Position numbers and translations under genes: made by a program. Under the pieces are notes generated by a model. That model did no database searches and was not told the origin of the DNA. It saw only the letters and a list, made by a program, of their open reading frames with translations. 39,551 nt of DNA from Squatina squatina (Eukaryota): assembly GCA_031763465.1 (NCBI GenBank), contig JARFOE010000013.1, positions 13,741,850 through 13,781,400 on the forward strand, read 5' to 3'. The number at the start of each line of letters is the position of its first letter. The first letter of the stretch is position 1. Shown piece by piece: positions 32,798-39,551 of this stretch.

Positions 32798-33024
32798 GTG
32801 AGGTTTTTAAGGTGTGTTTTAAAGGAGGAGAGTGAATTAGAGAGCCGGAGAGGTTTAGAGAGGGAATTCCAGAGCTTAGGGAAGATTCTCCTTAAAACCT
32901 ACCTCTCGCCTGTCCTAAGATCTCCTTATGTGGCTCGGTGTCAAATTCTGACTGATAACACTCCTGTGAAGTGCCTTGGAACATTTTACTATGATAACGG
33001 CACTATATAAATGCAAGTTGTTGT
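32798..33024 (+). mobile_element. L2 3' end with an inverted 5' segment
   Basis: 32798-32881 is antisense L2 sequence; 32888-33024 is the sense continuation ending in the TATATAAATGCAAGTTGTTGT tail. Confidence 0.75.
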
Positions 33025-35095
33025 CTATAACAATGCTGATCAATGCTGTTCTTGTTTATTGACAAATCCTAATCTAATGTACTTTACAGGAGCCTTTACA
33101 CACCAGTGTTCCAGGCAGTAAGGGATTATGTGACAATTTTTTAAAACCAGAATTGAACAAGACAAATAATGCTCTTTCACTTTACTGAAATATTTCATGC
33201 AAAGTTTTAGTGCCACACTCGCTGTAATGTGTTTTCNNNNNNNNNNNNNNNNNNNNNNNNNNNNNNNNNNNNNNNNNNNNNNNNNNNNNNNNNNNNNNNN
33301 NNNNNNNNNNNNNNNNNNNNNNNNNNNNNNNNNNNNCTGATGAGTGCTCAGTTTATTTCTGTGCTCATTGGCTTGCTGAGCTGCGCCAGCGCGCACAAGT
33401 AATATTCTTCACTGCTGATGGCAGTTTTTGCAGTAGACGAGACATTGCCTTGGGCCAGGAGCAATACTGAGTTTTCCTTAACTGCTGTGACACTTCATCT
33501 TCATTGTGATATATAACATGCCTCTACACATATGACAGCGCAATCATGAGGGTAGCTGCAAATGCACTGCTACCTATTCCTGGAGCAAGGATGTCAGGCG
33601 TGTGATGTTTGACTTAAGAGCCTCCCCATAGATAACAGTCAAGTCGGTTTTAGTCACGTTTGGCTCTATTGAGGTTGCAACGTATTCTGAGCACTCGTGT
33701 ATCCCAAGCCATATCTACACCCTGAAAAGTTGCAGAGGAAACTTTGGGTAGTCTGTGTAATCTTCCAGTTGGAGCTACTTTATGTGACATCTTCATTATA
33801 ATAGTGAGATTCAGCTCTGATAGATTTTCTCTCTTTCCCAAAATAATGACTGCTTGCACATCACGTTACACATTTCCACTTCCAAGCAGTGATAGCACTA
33901 ACATACTTACTATAACGAGAAGGGATCATTCAGTGAAATGCGCATTGCTCATACCTCTGTGCAGATTTGACAGCCTGGTGTTTCCTCTCTGGGCACGACC
34001 CAGGCATTTGACCCGAAAGCACGCCCAAAGCATCTTGCCAATCTCATTATAATAAGGCCGAATTTAAAATTCTCGTAAAACAGCATCAACATTTGAGGCC
34101 CGAAGAAGAGCGCTGAACCCAAACCATTAATTTCTTCTCCGCATATGAAAATTAAATTTCAAATTATTCAACCATCGTTCCTGCTCATTAGGCACAGCAT
34201 GTTCAAGAACCTGCAATCGGAGAAGCTTTTCAGTTTTTAATGTAACTTAAACTAACACCATAAAAATGCATTAAAAAAATAGAGAGCAAGTCTCAGTTAA
34301 AATACATTTTAAAAAATGCTCGGAAAATTGCAATAAGGCGCCAGAAGAATGACTTTTTCTTTCTCGAACAAGCATGATGACAGGACAATCGTGATTGAGA
34401 GCTGGGGGCGTGGCCAGTTTTGTGGGTGGAGATTNNNNNNNNNNNNNNNNNNNNNNNNNNNNNNNNNNNNNNNNNNNNNNNNNNNNNNNNNNNNNNNNNN
34501 NNNNNNNNNNNNNNNNNNNNNNNNNNNNNNNNNNGGCGAATGCAATTGCAAGAAGAAGCTATGGTGGTCAGCATAAAATGAAGCACTTAAAGCTCGCTGT
34601 TTGGGAAGATTAAAAATGAGTAAGATTGAAAGTGTTCTTGGCATATAACGGACCAGCACCTAGCTATTATCAGAGCCATAAAAATCAGGTCAGCCAGATT
34701 CTGGAAGAGAATGAGAGGAGTATTCCATTTCAAATATTGGATTCCTCTTTCAATTCTCAACAAGCAATACGACAGGAGCTTGCCTTTATTTACAGATGCT
34801 GACTGAAATTTCTTTCCTTTTATGTTTCAGACTCCAGCATTTGTAGTTTTTGTCCTTTCCATCTCACTAATAGACTTGCTTTGCACTTCAAGCATTTTCT
34901 GCTTTTGCATTTTTCTTTTTATCAGCAAAGCTCTGTTAATCTTCATAAAACATTACTTAAGTTGCATCTGATCTCTGCACTGGCAGCCTCTAGTGACAGA
35001 TAAAGTGAAGTACTACCTTATTCTGTCTGTGAAATACAATGTTGTTCCTCCTGTTTTGTGTCAGGTTTGATCTCACAAAAGGCACAGGAACATAG

Positions 35096-35748
35096 GGGGC
35101 CCAATTGGTCTTCTGTAGACCTGTGGTAGCGCCGTAGCGCCGCACGCGACACGGCGCAGAAACAATGTGGACCAAAAATTTTAGCTTTTCAGTAATTGGG
35201 CCAGGCGCCAAGGCCTCATCCAGGGGGATGCCACGTGTCGTCATCAAGTCACGAGCCGACCCCTCTATCCTGGTCCACGACTCGCCGCCCCGCCCCGCCC
35301 CGCCCCGTTGCTGGCGAGCTGCCTCCGGAATTGGAGGGCGGCTCACCGGCGAGGCTCCAGGCATTAAAGGTGCGGTGACAGCGCCGCCGCCCGCCATATT
35401 TGGCGGCCGATCGGCTGCCATCGCTGCTGGCCTCAGTTGAGGCGCGGCAGCATGTTTCACCGCCTGGAGTCGGCTCCCTGGTGACCCAGCAACCTTTGGC
35501 AAGCCTCCGCTGTTGCAGCCTGCAGCCCTTCCCCTTAAGGCAGGGGCGGGGTCGCGGCTTACGCAGGTGCACTGGCCTTGGCAGCGAGGCAGCACACTGC
35601 CAACGCAACCCAGCAGTAATGCTGCATTGGCCAGGTCAGCGCCGGAATTGTGACTAAATGCCCAATTCCGGGTCAGCGTCCTTCGCACCCACATGACGAG
35701 GGGGCCCTGAATGCAGCGCCCAGTTTTGGCGCTGTCCAGTTGGGCCCC
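35096..35748. mobile_element. GC/CpG-rich non-autonomous DNA transposon (about 650 bp) inserted in a CR1 tail
   Basis: 13-bp TIR GGGGCCCAATTGG ... CCAGTTGGGCCCC with 1 mismatch, and ATAG on both sides (35092-35095, 35749-35752). Confidence 0.85.
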
Positions 35749-36420
35749 ATAGTAACATAGGAACAGTAGTTGACCATTGAGCCCCTCGAGCCTGTTCCGC
35801 CTGATTTACCCGCCTTTGTCCCAAACCCTTAATACCTTTGGTTAACAAAAAGTAATCAATCCCTGATTTAAAATTAACAATTGATCTTGCATCAATTGCC
35901 ATTTGCGCAAGAGAGTTCCAAACTTCTACCACCCTTTGTGTGTAGAAGTGTTTCCTAATTTCGCTCCTGAAAGGTTTGGCTCTAATTCTTAGGCTATGCC
36001 CCTAGTCCTAGCATCCCCAACCAACGGACATAGNNNNNNNNNNTTCCACTTAATATCTTGAAAACTTCGGTCACATTACCTCCTAACCTTCTAAAATCTA
36101 GGGAATACAACCCTAATTTGTGTAATCTCTCCTCATAACTTAACCTTAGAGTCCAGGTATCATTCTGGTAAACCTACACTGCAGTCCCTCCAAGGCCAAT
36201 ATATCCTTCCTGAGGTGTTGCATCCAAAACTGCTCACAGTGCTCCAGGTGTGGTCTAACCAGGGCTTTGTACAGCTGCACCATAACTTCTACCCCCTTGT
36301 ATTCTAGTCCTCTCGATATAAAGACCAGCATTCCATTAGCCTTTGTGATTATTTTCTGTACCTTTTCATGACATTTTAATCATCTATGTACCTGGACCCC
36401 CAAGTCTCTTTGGACATCCA
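35749..36420 (-). mobile_element. CR1 LINE 3' region (ORF2 C-terminus and 3'UTR)
   Basis: ORF pieces FISRGLEYKGVEVMVQLYKALVRPHLEHCEQFW...RFTRMIPGL and VEVWNSL...FKSGIDYFL, with an (ACATAGGA)-type tail. Confidence 0.9.
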
Positions 36421-36791
36421 GGCCCAGAAATTAGCCTCTTTAGTGCCTCCCATTATCGTCTCCGGGAGCGATAACAGGACCCTAACCACTTGCCAACCGG
36501 GCATGGCGAGATGATCGGCTTCTGCTAAATTCGGCGGGAGGTTCCGGTGGCAGTAGGAAGTTGCGCCCCAACCTCCTTCGCTCGGAGATCATGACATTAT
36601 CAGCGTGCACATCGCCCTGGTAATGAACCGGACCCGAACTTCGGTTGCGTCCTGCCAGGCGAAAACACTGGCAGCTGCAGGGGACGTTCATCAGGTGACC
36701 AGGTGCTTCGGGGTAATATTTAAAGGCGAGGTGGCTGAGTTAAGTGGACAAGTTTCGAAAATGATCTCTCTCGATTTTTACCGATCCTTTT
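36421..36791. mobile_element. Left end of another GC-rich DNA-transposon-like element, truncated by a gap
   Basis: Abrupt switch from CR1 sequence to GGCCCAGAAATT...TTAGTGCCTCC, sharing TTAGTGCCTCC and CTCCGGG with the left end of 31599-32342. Confidence 0.55.
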
Positions 36792-38779
36792 NNNNNNNNN
36801 NNNNNNNNNNNNNNNNNNNNNNNNNNNNNNNNNNNNNNNNNNNNNNNNNNNNNNNNNNNNNNNNNNNNNNNNNNNNNNNNNNNNNNNNNNNTGGGTGGAA
36901 ATTGTTTCTCCACTAACATCTGCTCATCTGCCCGTGTAATACCATCAATCTATTGCTGCAGCCATCTGTGTGAAGGATGAGGATATTTTAGTTCCGGTGC
37001 AGTTTAGTGGAATTGACGAATGGAACTATTAGTAGGAATGATATCACTAAACCAGCAGCAGTAATTGACAAATGTATTAGGCAGACACAAGTCTAAACTT
37101 CACCGCCACCGTTGCAGTGGAATTTGATATTTGGATCAGTGAGAAGCAGAGTCACATTGTTGTGTTCCTCATACCATCGACATTTAATGATCTGGCTGAT
37201 AGTTTGCAGGAATTTTTACGAAGGTTCAGGAGCTGAGCCAGTAAATTAACCTGCAACTCATGGTACATAATCTTAAGCATTGCAAGAACTGGTTGCTACA
37301 CATTGTTTATGCTAATCCGCTCTTTGGTGCACTCCCCGTAGTGCAATTAGCCACTCTGTATCTGCACTAATCACACAGCAATTTAGAGTCTCAGCGCTTC
37401 AGATCAAATGCACAAAGCAGTTTCTGAATGTCAGCGTGAAGTCTTCCCAGATTAATTTCTATCAAGAAAGTACTTAGAAAAGAGTTCAAGATCGTTTTCC
37501 ATCAATATACTTGTGCCATTTATAGTTAAACCTAAGAAAGGCTGAGATACAGAGCAAGAGGCTGGGATCTTCTGCCCTCCCTCTCCCTTTTTTTAGGGAA
37601 TTGTTCTGGTAATTCCCCGTAATATTGCCTAACTCCGCCCGACTTCAGCTCATCTGCTGCTGAAACCCTCATCGATACATTTACTTCTAGACTTAACTAT
37701 TCCAATGCGCTCCCTTCCAGCCTCCCATCCCCCACCCTACATAAACTTGAGCTCATCCNNNNNNNNNNNNNNNNNNNNNNNNNNNNNNNNNNNNNNNNNN
37801 NNNNNNNNNNNNNNNNNNNNNNNNNNNNNNNNNNNNNNNNNNNNNNNNNNNNNNNNNNGGGACGGAGGGGATTGGTACTCAAGCAGTTGGGAGAGTCAAC
37901 AGCTGCAAAGTTCAAGTGGAAAGAGAGACACTATGGCAACCAGTTTCAGTCTTGCAATCTCACTTTTTTTGGCAGCTTTGCTCAATAAAGACAGCACTGG
38001 GAATGCACAACAGATCTATCAGCATTTGTAAAAGATAAGTTCATGTCTTAAGTGGAAACCCCTTAGCGGTTGTAGTATTTTGATTTTAATTTCAGATTGT
38101 CTCGCTTTCTTAATTTCTACACTAATATCCCTCATGAGTGCAAACACAGCAGAAAACATTAAAAAAAAGATTTAGGATTTTGTACCCGAGAGAAAATTGC
38201 ACTACATTACTGTGTGAGGCTCTCTTAAAGACAGGAGTATGCAATCTCGGAGCAGGAATTACTTTTTTGCAACGTCAAATGGTGGGGGAAATGTGAATAA
38301 ATTTGAGTGCGTTCTGTAACGATGATATTGCATGAATTGATATTAAACTTGATGAAACTAATGGCATGCAAACAGCTGAAGACATCTATTCAAAAGCAAT
38401 TGAAAAGCATGTGGTTTCTGCATTGAGGGAAATTGGTCTATTGTAACTGAGGCAATGAGATTTAAAAAAAAACTTTTTATATAACAATAAGTACAAAGGC
38501 TAGTGGGAACAAATAGAAATCAGTAAATCCTCCTGGAAGCAAGGACAAAACATAAATGCTGGCTTTGTGTAAATTGGGCTGTAACTGAGGTTAAGATTGT
38601 GTTGTCTGGGTCACATACCAGGAATTTATCTTCACTTCACAGGAAAGAAAGTTCTGGGTAAATAGAAGCACTCATCTTTCCATTTTAACCATGTAATTGG
38701 AATATCGCCCCAAATTCTATCTTATGGGCTGTTTTTCTGGTGGGATGATTGCCTCTGGCTGCTATGTGTTTGTGACATT

Positions 38780-38820
38780 GACATAGAAACATAGAAAATA
38801 GGAGCAGGAGTAGGCCCTTC
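38780..38820 (-). mobile_element. CR1 LINE tail stub
   Basis: (ACATAGAA)2 followed by AATAGGAGCAGGAGTAGGCC, next to a gap. Confidence 0.7.
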
Positions 38821-39551
38821 NNNNNNNNNNNNNNNNNNNNNNNNNNNNNNNNNNNNNNNNNNNNNNNNNNNNNNNNNNNNNNNNNNNNNNNNNNNNNNNN
38901 NNNNNNNNNNNNNNNNNNNNGACGTGATTAAGGACTCTGAGTTGTTTTTCTCCCCAAACGATGAATGAGCTAAAATGGGTTGAATGGCTTCCCTCATCTT
39001 TCATCTTGTGAACACAGGTATTCTTGATTGATTTCGATCCACCTGACTTTCCCATCTTGTTCTGGTATATTCAATGAGAATGTTGTAATGGAAACTTGAA
39101 TTTTCTCTCAAAGCTATTACTGTTGTAAAGCACATGATATACACCAGTCTTCTGATTTATTATTGGCCAGGTAAACCCTACTTTGCCACGAACATAAATT
39201 TATCCTGAAGCCACTATCAGTCTGCTTTACTGCTCCAGTGTATATAGCCTTCACTTAGAGCTCAGTAACAGCGATGTTAGCTTAAAAAAAACAACCCTTT
39301 CTACTTTAAATTCAGCAGTGGTGCAAAATCAGCAACAACTGTTCAATTATTTTTGCCAATATATCGATCTCCCTCACTACCTTTAATACTCTTCACTGGC
39401 TGCACGTTGCATCAATGATAAGGAATGGGATTTTTTTCAGTAGCGCATCCCTCAACATAATACCAGCTCTAATTGTTACAAATGCTTGAGGCCTGACAAT
39501 TTAGAACGAGGGAGAGAACCAAAGGATCATTAATAGTAACTTTCACTGTGT

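Noticed and set aside
34990-35694. 234-aa ORF and overlapping ORFs; possible CpG-island promoter
   Set aside because: They lie almost entirely within a GC-rich TIR-bounded element where stops are rare, with no recognisable transposase or other domain.

Overview
This is eukaryotic (vertebrate) genomic DNA, most likely from a cartilaginous fish such as a shark, judged from the CR1/L2 LINE tails, SINEs and Penelope-like repeats. It comes from a very fragmented scaffold with 23 gaps of 100 N and 4 gaps of 10 N. The left half carries eight recognisable minus-strand exons of ADGRB1 (BAI1, adhesion GPCR): the TSP1-TSP2 linker, TSP5, three GAIN-region exons, the GPS/Stachel exon and two 7TM exons. 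Many other ADGRB1 exons are missing, presumably lost in gaps. At 24.9-25.1 kb the first coding exon of TSNARE1 lies on the plus strand, giving the head-to-head ADGRB1/TSNARE1 arrangement known from human 8q24.3. The most unexpected item is an intact SLC13-family (Na+/dicarboxylate-citrate-sulfate cotransporter) terminal exon at 6352-6528. It is not in the ORF track, sits inside an ADGRB1 intron on the same strand and contig, and is in the same splice phase as the upstream ADGRB1 GAIN exon. ADGRB1 also shows an apparent 5-nt frameshift in one exon and a Thr-to-Arg change in its tethered-agonist motif. The rest is intronic: LINE/SINE fragments, MITEs with clean target-site duplications, and minisatellites. 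Most long ORFs in the supplied track are artefacts of repeats or N runs. Orthologue sequences quoted for comparison are from memory and need database confirmation.
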